Source: an uncultured delta proteobacterium (GTDB lineage Bacteria > Desulfobacterota > Binatia > UBA9968). From it: 64,000 nucleotides of DNA. Below are positions 41,444 through 51,878 of the stretch, piece by piece; positions within the stretch are counted from its first letter, which is position 1; the number at the start of each line of letters is the position of its first letter. The notes under the pieces are model-generated. The model was not told where the DNA came from. It saw only the letters and a list, made by a program, of their open reading frames with translations, and searched no databases. Where the stretch lies: positions 384,001-448,000 of the forward strand of contig CAWFJP010000030.1 in NCBI GenBank assembly GCA_963816145.1, read 5' to 3'. The position numbers and the translations under genes are program-made.

Positions 41444-42928
41444 ATGGCCACCGCACCTAGAGGTTCGTTTTCCAATGCCAACCGCCACATGCAGGAGGAA
41501 GAAAACCTTCAGCTCACGAGTGTCGGCGTCGATATCGGCTCGTCGACTTCACACTTAGTTTTCTCCCGGCTGGAATTGACCCTCGAGGGATCGCGCTACA
41601 GGGTGACCAAGCGCGAAGTGATCAACGAATCGCAGATTTTGCTGACGCCCTACGTCGACGACACTAGGATCGATGTCGAGGCTCTAGGAAAATTCATCAA
41701 CGACCAATACAAGATCGCCAAAATTGACCGCGAACACGTCGACACCGGCGCGTTGATCCTCACCGGCGTCGCCGTGCGCCGGCGCAACGCCCGGGCAATT
41801 GGCGAACTATTCGCCCAGGAAGCCGGTAAATTTGTCGCGGTCAGCGCCGGGGACGGCCTCGAAGCGACCATGGCCGCCCATGGTTCGGGGGCCGTGGCGC
41901 ACTCGGCTAAAATGGGCGGCGTGGTTTTGAACATCGACATTGGCGGCGGCACCAGTAAGTTCGCCGTCTGCAACAATGGCAAGGTTCAGGAAGTCACGGC
42001 CATCGATGTCGGCGCGCGGTTGCTCGCGTTCGACCAGGACGGCGCGGTGGTGCGCATCGAGGAAGCCGCGCGCAAGCACGCCGGCTGGGCCGGCTTCTCT
42101 GTGGAAATGGGTCAGAAGATCTCGGACGAGAATCTGCGCAAAATGGTTTCCGGCATGATGGACAAGCTATTCGCCATGTTGAAACCGGAATCGGTGAATG
42201 ACGACATCAGATCGCTGCTGCGCCTGCCCCCGCTTACGTACACAGGTGAAATTGATTGCGTGATGTTTTCCGGCGGTGTGTCGGAGTTTATTTACAATCG
42301 CGCCAAGACCAGCTTCGGCGACCTAGGGCCGCTCATCGCCGACGAAGTGCACAAGCGTGCCGGCAGCCTGGGCCTTTTGATGATGGAGCCCAACGCGCGC
42401 ATCCGCGCCACGGTCATCGGCGCCTCGCAATATACCGTGCAGGTAAGCGGCAATACCATTTTCATCTCGCCGGACGACGCCGTTCCGGTGCGCAACATCG
42501 CGGTGGTCGCGCCGGAGTTTCCGCTCGGTCAAGATGAATTCACCAAGGATACGGTCCGTGATGCGCTGCTCAGCGCGCTGCGCCGTCTCGACCTGCTGCA
42601 CGGCCGCCAACCGGTCGCCGTGGCCTTTCACTGGGACGGCTCGGCGACCTTCGCGCGCCTGCAAGCGTTTTGCAGCGGCGTCGCCGAAGGGCTCAAAGAT
42701 ATTCTCGCCAAAGGTCATCCCTTGGTCTTGGTCAACGACGGCGACATCGGCGGCATCATCGGCCTGCACTGCCAGGAAGAACTGAAGTTGCAAAGTGCCA
42801 TCATCTCCATCGACGGCATCGCGCTCAGCGATTTCGATTTCATCGATGCCGGGGCCTTGATTCCGTCTTCCGGCGCCGTCCCGGTTGTTATCAAGTCGCT
42901 AATCTTCCCTGCTTCCCCGGAGAATTAA
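41444..42928 (+). CDS. eutA: EutA-like ASKHA ATPase (ethanolamine ammonia-lyase reactivase family)
   Basis: SVGVDIGSSTSHLVFSRL, TGALILTG, NIDIGGGT, FSGGV, IRATVIGA, VPVVIKSLIF. Confidence 0.85.
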   Translation: MATAPRGSFSNANRHMQEEENLQLTSVGVDIGSSTSHLVFSRLELTLEGSRYRVTKREVINESQILLTPYVDDTRIDVEALGKFINDQYKIAKIDREHVDTGALILTGVAVRRRNARAIGELFAQEAGKFVAVSAGDGLEATMAAHGSGAVAHSAKMGGVVLNIDIGGGTSKFAVCNNGKVQEVTAIDVGARLLAFDQDGAVVRIEEAARKHAGWAGFSVEMGQKISDENLRKMVSGMMDKLFAMLKPESVNDDIRSLLRLPPLTYTGEIDCVMFSGGVSEFIYNRAKTSFGDLGPLIADEVHKRAGSLGLLMMEPNARIRATVIGASQYTVQVSGNTIFISPDDAVPVRNIAVVAPEFPLGQDEFTKDTVRDALLSALRRLDLLHGRQPVAVAFHWDGSATFARLQAFCSGVAEGLKDILAKGHPLVLVNDGDIGGIIGLHCQEELKLQSAIISIDGIALSDFDFIDAGALIPSSGAVPVVIKSLIFPASPEN

Positions 42929-43045
42929 ACGTGAGCTAAACGAGTTGATCTCGAAGCACGAACCCCAATAGCGCCCGGTAACAAGGGGACATGCGGCCCT
43001 CGCGCTAGCCATCAATCAGCACTGCTATCGAATGTTTTAAGTGAT

Positions 43046-43351
43046 CTAAGCCGGCGCGTGGGCTGTGTAGTCGCGAGCGACCTCCAAGCCAACGCCGTCG
43101 AATCCCGCGAAGATATCCTGAGCCCGGTCAAGCGCGGCTTGCACATGGGGCAGAATATTTTCGCGGCCGATGACTTCGACAAAATCGGATTCCTCGATAA
43201 ACCGAGCCGGCTGATCGCGCGCGCCACAAAGCAACAAGACTCTGCTGGATCGTTTGATGCGTTTGGCGAACATTTCAATGGCGTGAAGACCCGTGGCATC
43301 GATGGCCGTCATGTGACGTAGGCGAAGTATGACGATCCGCGTTAGAACCAA
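43046..43351 (-). pseudogene. Isolated C-terminal STAS fragment of a SulP-type anion transporter
   Basis: IVILRLRHMTAIDATGLHAIE...LLLCG...IGRENI; no membrane domain upstream; begins 6 nt after the Ehr large-subunit stop. Confidence 0.65.
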
Positions 43352-43357
43352 GTGAGG

Positions 43358-44941
43358 CTACAGGTCGTTGCCCGCGTAGGATAGATTGAAACTCTTATTC
43401 ACCAGCGGGAAATCGGGCACGATGTTTTTCAGAATGGCATAGTTGAGCGCCGGCCAATTGGCGAAGGAGGGATCCTTGATCTTAACTCGCCGGAGCGATT
43501 GGTTCTTGCCGCCGACCACCCAGTGCCATATCGGGCCGCGCCAACCTTCCACCAAGCCGAAGGCTCCTTCGCCTTCTGGAAGTGTGTCTAACGCCACGGC
43601 GAGCCTGCCGCTCGGCAACGCCTCAAGCGCCGACCCGATCAAACGCGACGCCTCACGCGCTTCTTCTACGCGCACCATCATTCGCGCCCATACATCTCCT
43701 TCAGCGTGCACGATCACCCGTGGTGGCAATGCTGAATAGGCGGCGAAGGGATGGTCGCGCCGCGCATCTGCGTCGATCCCGCTCGCCCGTGCCGGAACGC
43801 CGACCACCTGCATTTCGCGCGCGGTCTGTTGGTTCAATCGCCCGGTGCCGTGCAAACGATCAAGCACCAGGCCGTTGTTGGTCGCGATGTCAACAACCTG
43901 ATCGAAGTCGGCAATGATGCGGCTAATTGTGCTCAGCGCGTCGGCAATCTGCTCCGCATCGAAATCTCGCGTCACTCCGCCCGGAACCAGGGAATCACGC
44001 AAGAGCCGGTGGCCGAGCAAACGCATGTTCAGGCGAAATAGATCCTCGCGCAAGCGCAGCGCGTGCACATTGGCGAACGCAAATCCGGTATCCGTGCAAA
44101 TGGCGCCGACGTCGGCGATATGATTGTAGAGTCGTTCGAGTTCAAGCAGGACGACGCGCAGATACGCTGCGCGCGGTGGAATGATTACGCCGGCAAGCGT
44201 TTCAACGGCTTGACAAAAAGCCATGGCGTGCGCCACGCTCGAGTCGCCGGAGATGCGCTCGGCCAGTTTGACCCCTTGCGCGGGCGTGGCCGTCTCGAAA
44301 AGCTTCTCTATGCCCTTGTGAACAAAATACATGCGGGACTCAAGATTAATAATCGTTTCGCCTTCGACGCTGAAGCGAAAATGGCCGGGCTCGATGATGC
44401 CCGCGTGCACTGGGCCGACGGTGATTTCGTACAGCCCTTCACCTTCGACGCGGCGAAATGGATAGGGTTGGCCATCATCGGAAAAATCTTGGCGAGCGGT
44501 CGAGTCTTTCAACAAAGGATGATAATGGGCCGGCCAAAATTGGTGCAACGGCAAGCGGCGCAAATCGGGGTGTCGGGTCGGCACCAGTCCAAACAGGTCA
44601 TGAATCTCGCGCTCGAAACGGCTCGCGAGATACCAGCGCGTCGCGAGCGACGGGAATGTCGGATCCCCGGCGGGGACGCTGATTGAGGCGACGACGAACC
44701 CAGCGGCGCCGTCAACCTCAAAAACATAGCGCAAGGTGAAGGCTTTGGCTTCTAACCGGGTATCTTCGGCGACGATAAGTTCCGGACGAGCATGGACTTC
44801 CGCCCGCAGGTAATCGGCGAACCCGATCAGTGTCTCTCGCGGGACGCTGACACGCAGCTCACGCGGACTGCGCAGTTGGATATCGCTCGGATTCAGATTG
44901 GCGGCGACCAGCCGCTGCTTTAGCTCCTTCAAATCCGCCAT
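43358..44941 (-). CDS. Ehr large subunit (HycE/HyfG-like, NuoC+D fold, no NiFe-binding Cys)
   Basis: FEREIHDLFG, VGPVHAGIIEPGHFRF, HKGIEK; RISGDS in place of RxCGxC; KSFNLSY in place of DPCxxC. Confidence 0.88.
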   Translation of the reverse strand: MADLKELKQRLVAANLNPSDIQLRSPRELRVSVPRETLIGFADYLRAEVHARPELIVAEDTRLEAKAFTLRYVFEVDGAAGFVVASISVPAGDPTFPSLATRWYLASRFEREIHDLFGLVPTRHPDLRRLPLHQFWPAHYHPLLKDSTARQDFSDDGQPYPFRRVEGEGLYEITVGPVHAGIIEPGHFRFSVEGETIINLESRMYFVHKGIEKLFETATPAQGVKLAERISGDSSVAHAMAFCQAVETLAGVIIPPRAAYLRVVLLELERLYNHIADVGAICTDTGFAFANVHALRLREDLFRLNMRLLGHRLLRDSLVPGGVTRDFDAEQIADALSTISRIIADFDQVVDIATNNGLVLDRLHGTGRLNQQTAREMQVVGVPARASGIDADARRDHPFAAYSALPPRVIVHAEGDVWARMMVRVEEAREASRLIGSALEALPSGRLAVALDTLPEGEGAFGLVEGWRGPIWHWVVGGKNQSLRRVKIKDPSFANWPALNYAILKNIVPDFPLVNKSFNLSYAGNDL

Positions 44942-46390
44942 CTATACTCCCAAAACTTTCAGCACTTGCTGGAGCGCGGTTACAAACGGGGAGGGTAGGG
45001 TGAGTCCCAGCACAACCAAGACTATGAAATTCGCGGCGAGGGGCGCGAGCCACAGCCGCAGCGCATCACCGCGCGGGAGATCAGTCGGAGGCTCGCCGTA
45101 TAACATTCCATTCACGCTCGCCAACATTCCCCCGAAAACGATGACGAGAAGGATCACGCCTGTTCCCGCCGCCCACGGTTGGCTCGCAAAGCCGGCGCGA
45201 AAAATCATGAACTCGCTAATGAACGGCGCAAACGGCGGCAAGCCGATCAGCGCAAGTGTGCCGGCGAGAAAAAGCGCGCCGGTCCACGGCGCCACCTGCA
45301 ACAGTCCACGCACCTCGCGAATTTCCGCACTGTGATATTTGAGTAGAATATTGCCCGAAAGAATGAAGAGCAGCGATTTCGACAGCGCATGATTGACCAC
45401 ATGGAAAAGCGCGCCGAAGATCCCCCAATACCCGCCGAAGCCCAAACCGAGGCAAATGATACCGATGTGTTCGACGCTCGAATAGGCCAGCATTCGTTTA
45501 TAGTTGCGCTGGCTGACCAAGAAAAACGCCGCAACCAGAAGTGAGAACAACCCTACGCCGATCAACAAACGCGCGGCAAATTCCGGCCCGACCGCCACAT
45601 CGACGACCGCCTTGAATCGTATCATTGCATACAAGCCGACGTTGAGCAGTACTCCCGACATCAGCGCGCTGATCGGTGCAGGCGCTTCGCTATGCGCGTC
45701 CGGTAGCCACGTATGCATCGGCGCGAGCCCCGCCTTCGTTCCATAGCCGATGACGATGAACACGAACGCCAGCCGTACCACCTCAGGATTGAGTGACCCC
45801 GCGGCGGCGCGCAGCGCGCTCCAATTGACGGCGATTTCACCGGCCTTTGCGGCCCCGGCGTAGTACACCAGCGCGGTGCCGATAAACGCGAGCGCGATGC
45901 CCACGGACGACAAAATCAAATACTTGTAAGCGGCTTCGAGTGAGGTACGAGTCTGGTGCAAATTGACCAGAAACACCGTCGCCAGGGTCGTTCCTTCAAT
46001 GGCGACCCACATCACGCCGAGATTATCCGTCGTCACCGCCAAGAGCATGGTGAAAATAAACAGCTGGAAGAGCGCGAAGAACAACCGCGCGCGCGACAAA
46101 TGCTCGCCGTCGAATTCGGCGCGGATGTAGCCGACCGCGTAAAGCGAAGCGATCGCGCCGAGAAAAGTAATGATGGCGATCATGAAAGCGGACAACGCGT
46201 CAACGCGAAATAGATCACGGACTGCGCTGAGGACTGCACCGTTCCACACCTGGGCGACGATGACCGCTCCCGTGGCCAACGTTGCCAGTCCCGCCAGGGT
46301 GTGCAACAGTTCGATCAGCGCACGCCGGCGGGCGACAGCGATCAGCCCCGCCGCCGCGAGCGGTATTAGCAGCAAACTAACCAGTATCAT
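44942..46390 (-). CDS. hyfF: HyfF-like antiporter-like membrane subunit
   Basis: WVAIEGTTL, EAAYKY, GYGTKAGLAPMHTWLPDAHSEAP, KRMLAYSSVEH. Confidence 0.87.
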   Translation of the reverse strand: MILVSLLLIPLAAAGLIAVARRRALIELLHTLAGLATLATGAVIVAQVWNGAVLSAVRDLFRVDALSAFMIAIITFLGAIASLYAVGYIRAEFDGEHLSRARLFFALFQLFIFTMLLAVTTDNLGVMWVAIEGTTLATVFLVNLHQTRTSLEAAYKYLILSSVGIALAFIGTALVYYAGAAKAGEIAVNWSALRAAAGSLNPEVVRLAFVFIVIGYGTKAGLAPMHTWLPDAHSEAPAPISALMSGVLLNVGLYAMIRFKAVVDVAVGPEFAARLLIGVGLFSLLVAAFFLVSQRNYKRMLAYSSVEHIGIICLGLGFGGYWGIFGALFHVVNHALSKSLLFILSGNILLKYHSAEIREVRGLLQVAPWTGALFLAGTLALIGLPPFAPFISEFMIFRAGFASQPWAAGTGVILLVIVFGGMLASVNGMLYGEPPTDLPRGDALRLWLAPLAANFIVLVVLGLTLPSPFVTALQQVLKVLGV

Positions 46391-47061
46391 TCTTTCAATT
46401 TTTCCAATTCGCCGACGTCGATCGAGTCGAAATTATCCTTGATGCGATAGACAAATACTTCCATGATCAGCACGGCGACCAGCACGTCGAGAAAGACCCC
46501 CATTTCGACGATGAAGGGCACGCCGTACGTCGCCAAGAGGGCGAGCAAGAAGATGCCGTTTTCCAACATGAGGAATCCAAGAATCTGCGTCACCGCCCGG
46601 CGGCGATTGACCATGATAAAGAAACCAATCAGGACGCCGGCGAACGCGAGCGGGATGGCATCTGCCGTGGGCAAAGAATTCGAAGCGGCGATAGGGGTCA
46701 TCACGTAAAACGATAGGATCGTGAGTATGCCGCAGATAATGAGCGCCGGCGCGGTCCCCAGATACGGCGCCGCAACTCGCGCCAGGCCGATCTTTGCCAC
46801 GGCGCGATTGAGTACGCGAGGAATCATGATGGCTTTGACGACCACAAGCGCAACGCCGACGCCGAACAATTCGAGACTACCGCTGTAGAGCGCGATCAGC
46901 ATGGAGAGCATGGCGAGCACGAACGATTGCAATCCGAACACGCGCACCTGTCCCTCCAGACTGCTTCGGACAATCAGCAAGATGGTCAATCCGAGGGCGA
47001 CAAACGCCAGCAGATTGACCGCCTTGGACAGCACTTCAGCAGACATAGCAATTCCCATCAT
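46387..47061 (-). CDS. hyfE: HyfE-like membrane subunit
   Basis: QILGFLMLENGI, PFIVEMGVFLD. Confidence 0.85.
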   Translation of the reverse strand: MMGIAMSAEVLSKAVNLLAFVALGLTILLIVRSSLEGQVRVFGLQSFVLAMLSMLIALYSGSLELFGVGVALVVVKAIMIPRVLNRAVAKIGLARVAAPYLGTAPALIICGILTILSFYVMTPIAASNSLPTADAIPLAFAGVLIGFFIMVNRRRAVTQILGFLMLENGIFLLALLATYGVPFIVEMGVFLDVLVAVLIMEVFVYRIKDNFDSIDVGELEKLKE

Positions 47062-48002
47062 TTGATAAAAAACGCGGTCACTACGGCCAACAACGCGATC
47101 GTAAACGACCCGGCTAAAAGTGCCGGCACACGGAAAAGACGGAGCTTGGCGACCGCTGTTTCCACTAACGCAATGGCCAACGCGAAAAGCACAAGTTTAA
47201 CGGCAAGCGCGAGAAAAGCCCCAACGAGGGCGACCGGCGTGTTCGCCAGCGCGACGCCCCAGGGAAAAAACAAGTTCGACAACAACGTCAAGAACAAAAA
47301 CAATTTCATCGCAGCCGCCCATTCCACCAGCGCGAGTAGATGGCCGGAATATTCCAAGATCATCGCTTCGTGAATCATCGTCAGTTCGAGATGAGTGGCG
47401 GGATTGTCCACCGGCAATCGCCCGTTTTCCGCCAGCGCAACAATGAAGAACGCAAAGAACGCGAGCAAATGCCCTGCGTTTAACATCAAGAGCGGCTCGG
47501 CGGCAAAACGCGTGATGATGCCATCGAGACTGGTCGTGCCGGCACGCAGAGCGATACCGAAAATCGCGATCAACACGGTGGGCTCGGCCAGCGCGGCAAG
47601 GGCAACCTCGCGGCTCGATCCCATGCCTCCAAAAGCGCTCCCCGCGTCCAACCCCGCCAGCGCAAGAAAGAAGGTGCCGAGCAATAATAGATACATCAGA
47701 GCGATGATGTTGCCCATGAAGCCGAGCGGAGCGCGGGTCGTCAGCACCGGGACGATGAGCGCCGACAAGAGCATCGTCGTGGCCAGCAGGTAGGGCGTGA
47801 AGCGAAAGATCCAAGAGGTATTTTCGGAAACCACCACCTCTTTCAAAAGCAATTTCCGAATGTCGGCGTAAGGCTGCAAAATACCCGCGCCGCGACGCCC
47901 CTGCAGGCGCGCCTTCGCCTTGCGGATCACGCCGACAAGCAAGGGCGATCCGAACATGACGATAAGCAGCTGCAACAGCTGGATTACTATTTCTGTAAGC
48001 AT
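47058..48002 (-). CDS. hyfC: HyfC/HycD (NuoH-like) membrane subunit
   Basis: KARLQGRRG, QPYADIRKLL, GSSRE, ENGRLPVDNPATHLELTMIHEAMILEYSG. Confidence 0.9.
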   Translation of the reverse strand: MLTEIVIQLLQLLIVMFGSPLLVGVIRKAKARLQGRRGAGILQPYADIRKLLLKEVVVSENTSWIFRFTPYLLATTMLLSALIVPVLTTRAPLGFMGNIIALMYLLLLGTFFLALAGLDAGSAFGGMGSSREVALAALAEPTVLIAIFGIALRAGTTSLDGIITRFAAEPLLMLNAGHLLAFFAFFIVALAENGRLPVDNPATHLELTMIHEAMILEYSGHLLALVEWAAAMKLFLFLTLLSNLFFPWGVALANTPVALVGAFLALAVKLVLFALAIALVETAVAKLRLFRVPALLAGSFTIALLAVVTAFFIK

Positions 48003-48044
48003 AGGCCGTTCTCGTAAGTATTACGCATTTCTCGGGCGGCGGGA

Positions 48045-50045
48045 CTACACCGTCAGGATTAATAACGCGACGAGCGCCACTAAAATATAAACCAGATAAC
48101 TGTGTACGTTGCCCGATTGTAAGGCGCGCGCCGCGCGCGCCAATGCCTGAATCAGGCGTAGAAGCGGCCTATACAGTGTGTCTTCAAAGACCGAGCGTCC
48201 TTCGTTGTAATACGCGATGGTGCGCACGAAATAACGCGACTCGGGGTGAAACTCGATGTCGAGCTGCTTGACCGGGCGATACAACAAAGCGAAAACGCGC
48301 TTAAAGGGATTAGCGAAGGCGGTTGCGGTGTATTCAAAACGCGCCGTCTGTAGCGCGCGCCCGCAGCCCCAGGTCTCGTAGTAGCGGCGCCACTTGTTGA
48401 CACCCATCAGGCGCAGCGCAAGCGGAATCGCTACCAGAAAAACGACAAGTCCGAGTGCGATCCACAACGGCGCGACCCAGCCGAACCCGTCGTTGGCCAC
48501 AACCGCGTTCCAATCGAAGTGCATGTCGGCGTGCCCGCCCATGAGATCGAAGACCGTCGCTTCGAGTGGCGCCAGTATCAGCGATGGCGCAACGCCGAGG
48601 ACGACACACACGAGCGCCAGCAGCGCCATGGCCGCGCGCATCGTCCATGCGACTTCGCGCGCAAGCGCGGCGGGATCGCTCCGCGGCAGGGCCAGGAAGG
48701 TGATGCCGAAAGCCCTGACAAAACACGCCGCGGCGAGGCCGCTCGTCAGTGCGAGGGCGGCGACGCCGAGCGCGAAAATCAAATTGACCTGTGCGCGGCG
48801 ATCTGAAAACTCAACAGCAGCGACTGAACCGTTAGCCATTCACTGTAAAACCGATGAACCGGGGGGCGGGGAATGCCAATGAACCGATCAGGAAGAAGAC
48901 CGCTGTTTGCGGCATGCACTTAATGAGTCCGCCCAGTTCTTCCATATTTCGCGTATGAGTCGCGTGCAGAACCGCACCGGCGCCCATGAACAGCAGGCTC
49001 TTGAACGCGGCGGACTAAGCGGGTGATAAAGGGCTGCCACGAGCGCCAGCGCTGCCAGGCCCGGCAAACTAAACGCCTGGAACAACATTGCAGCACCCAG
49101 ACCGAGCATAATAATGCCGATGTTTTCGACACTGGAGTACGCCAGCAAGCGTTTCAAATCGGCGTCGATCAGCGCATACAGGACGCCAAGCACCCCCGAG
49201 ACCGCCCCGACGATGAGCAACGTCGCGCCCCACCACAGCGGCCCGGATCGCAACCAGCAAAAGCGACGGGCATCAGGCGTCACACCGAGCTTAATCATCA
49301 CACCGGAACAGCGCGGAAACGTGACTGCCGGCAGGATGGGCCACGGCACAGACATGCTCCGGTTGGCCCGCTTTGGACCCGACGCCCAGCGCTGAACATA
49401 CAAAAAATCAAGTTGCGTGAGGTTGTGTCGAGTTTGCCCGCCGCCGCGCCCCATTGGGCGAAAGACATTGTCCCGGTGGCCTGCGCTAACAACAGGAACC
49501 CCACCAACAACGCAGCAAATCCCGCGTGGGTCATGACAAAGTAAACCCAGCCTGCACGCAGCGTCTCCTCGCGCTCGCGTTCCGTAATCACCAAAAAATA
49601 TGATGCCAGCGACATCAGTTCCCAAAGCACAAGAAACGTCAGCACGTTGCGCGCCAGCGCGACGAGAATCATCGCTGCGACAAAAACGTTGAATGCGAAT
49701 GCCATCCGGCGAGCGAATGTTTACCGCCGTCTCTCGCGTAAAGACCGATCGAGTCACCCCGGACGGGATTGCCAACGGCAATGACCAGCGCGAAAAACGC
49801 ACCAGCCGGACTCGCCGAACGCGGCGACGCCGTCGGCAGCAGATCTGGCTGTTAAGTTCCATACTGCTGAAAGCGAGCCGGACACAGAACACAATTGCCG
49901 CGATGGGCCAGCCACGCACTTGTTTATCCGCGACGCGAGAGCGAGTTGGCGAGCGCGCTGTAACCAACGCGCCGACTGTGCCCGCGCTGAAACAAGCGAA
50001 GGTGACAAGGAACAAATCGACCATCAAGGTTGAATCAATGATCAT
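48045..50045 (-). pseudogene. hyfB: HyfB-like antiporter subunit, heavily frameshifted in this sequence
   Basis: Motifs in alternating frames: FLVLWELMSLASYFLV, SGVMIKLG, DLKRLLAYSSVENIGII, ACFVRAFGITFL.LPRS, WGCG, LQSGNVHSYL. Confidence 0.75.
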
Positions 50046-50081
50046 TGCGGTAGATGCGAAAGCTGGATTGGAACTGAGGCC

Positions 50082-50596
50082 TCAAGGCTGTTTTTCCAAG
50101 GCAGCGAGGATGCCCAGCAAGATTGACCGGGGCTCCGGCGGACAGCCGTGCACGACGGCGTCCACAGGCAAAATCGCGGACACCGGGCCGACGACACCGT
50201 AGCCGCCCGCGAATACGCCGCAATCATGCGCACAGTCGCCGATCGCCACAACGATTTTCGGCGCGGGAGTCGCGTCGTAGGTTCACTTTAGCAAGTTCTC
50301 CTTTTCGGCGTGACCGGGCCAGTCACAAGCAAACAATCGGCATGACGGGGTGAGGCAACGAAATGCATGCCAAATCGTTCGAGATCGTAGTACGGGTTGT
50401 TCAACGCACCGATCTCCAACTCGCAACCGTTGCAAGACCCCGCGTCCACCTCTCGAATATGCAAGGAACGGCCAAAGCGTTTGCGAGCGCGCTCGTCAAT
50501 TTGACTGGCTATAACTTCAATTTGCGTGTCATCCGCCGAATTTAGCGCTTCGGTGACGACAGGTGTTTTCAATAGATACTCAAACAATGACGTCAT
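50082..50596 (-). CDS. Ehr small Fe-S subunit (NuoB/HycG-like), frameshift near 50290-50310
   Basis: DAGSCNGCELE, SPRHAD.LLVTGPVT, then in another frame TYDATPAPKIVVAIGDC...VHGCPPEP. Confidence 0.85.
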
Positions 50597-50646
50597 CGGA
50601 TTGCGATCTTGGTCGTAGCAATATGGTCGAGGTAGATGTTTTCCAT

Positions 50647-50982
50647 TTAGAGCCCCTTGGCTCCCTTACCTTTCAGGTATGTGATGATCTCGGTATTCAG
50701 GCCCTTAGCCTCAGAAAAATCGGCGCCGGTGACAATTGCGCCGGTAAAGACGGTGCCGTTTAAATTTGCTTTTTTAAAACTTACGTTGATAAGCATTGAG
50801 TTGGATAAATCGGCGTTGGTTAAATCACTTCCGGCAAGATTGCCGTAATTTAATCGGCAACCCTTAAGATTGGCTCGGTTAAGATCTAGGGTAGAGAGAT
50901 CCATACCCGAGAGATAAAGATTCCTGAGGTCGACTCCGGCCAGGCTTTCGTGTTTTTCAATTTTTTGCAAAATACGTTTCAT
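50647..50982 (-). CDS. Pentapeptide-repeat protein
   Basis: A(D/N)Lxx repeats: VDLRN, ANLKG, SDLTN, ADLSN, ANLNG, ADFSE; GGGGAG RBS. Confidence 0.88.
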   Translation of the reverse strand: MKRILQKIEKHESLAGVDLRNLYLSGMDLSTLDLNRANLKGCRLNYGNLAGSDLTNADLSNSMLINVSFKKANLNGTVFTGAIVTGADFSEAKGLNTEIITYLKGKGAKGL

Positions 50983-51255
50983 ATCTTTATCTCCCCGCCA
51001 GAGGTTATATTCGTATGTGCCACGCTCCTCACACCGTCCTTCAATCTGGACCGTGGCAAGAGATTTCGCCTTAAGCCATGCGCCGTAACCTTTCAGAATC
51101 TCCCTGGTTCCTGTGCTGAGATCATAACGATCGAAATCAAAATTAATGTCGGCAAGAGGCCCTTGCTCCCCGCTATTGCCCAGAGTTTCCTTCTAGCCGG
51201 TTCAAGGTAATTTGATATCAGGAGTTGCCAGATACTTTTCCCCAGCCGAATGAAC

Positions 51256-51633
51256 TTACTCTTTATTTGCAGATAGCTCCACGTTCCGTAGGGTGTCTCT
51301 AATGGTTTGTGGTTTGACAGGAAAAACAAGGAAAGCCGCGGCCTTTTCCTTCACGGCTTTAACCAGAGTCTGCTTCGCGATGAGGGAAATAACCGCAACT
51401 ACAGGCACTCGCCCGGCGAATGCCAAACACTCGTCCAATATGTCCACATCTTTGGGATAGCGCAGTTGAACGATGATGAAATGCGGCTTATATAAAGGGC
51501 ACACGCCCCGGGCGCGGTGAGGGGTTTCAAGAGCAGCAACTTCGTAACCTTGTTCACCCAGTAAGGCGAAAAGCTCATTGTCCGCCTTCTCACCAATCAA
51601 CAAAACTTTTTTCTTCATTTCCGCCATTGTCAT
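51256..51633 (-). CDS. Atypical (aspartate-less) receiver-domain protein
   Basis: CheY-like pattern KVLLIGE...GYEV...KPHFIIVQLRYP...PVVAV...AFLVFP; DD pair, phospho-Asp and Lys absent. Confidence 0.65.
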   Translation of the reverse strand: MTMAEMKKKVLLIGEKADNELFALLGEQGYEVAALETPHRARGVCPLYKPHFIIVQLRYPKDVDILDECLAFAGRVPVVAVISLIAKQTLVKAVKEKAAAFLVFPVKPQTIRDTLRNVELSANKE

Positions 51634-51878
51634 CTTATCTGTCTCCCCTCTGGCTTATGCGATCCACCGCAATTTTCTCGTTACTCACGTGCGCAGGCCA
51701 ACACCGAGGTTCATAGGGCCTCCCTATATTCGCGCGAGCACCAGGAGCGTCGCGTTGATAACTAGTTGCCCGCGTTGCATATCAGCTGGTATGAACTCAT
51801 CAATTTTACTGCACCATCGTTTAAAGCTAATATTCTGATTGAAGCGGTGGCATTGGCATTCACTTCGCGGCGCATCCT

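Noticed and set aside
43358-50596. True group 4 NiFe hydrogenase / formate hydrogenlyase
   Set aside because: Both NiFe-binding Cys motifs are missing and no maturation genes are present
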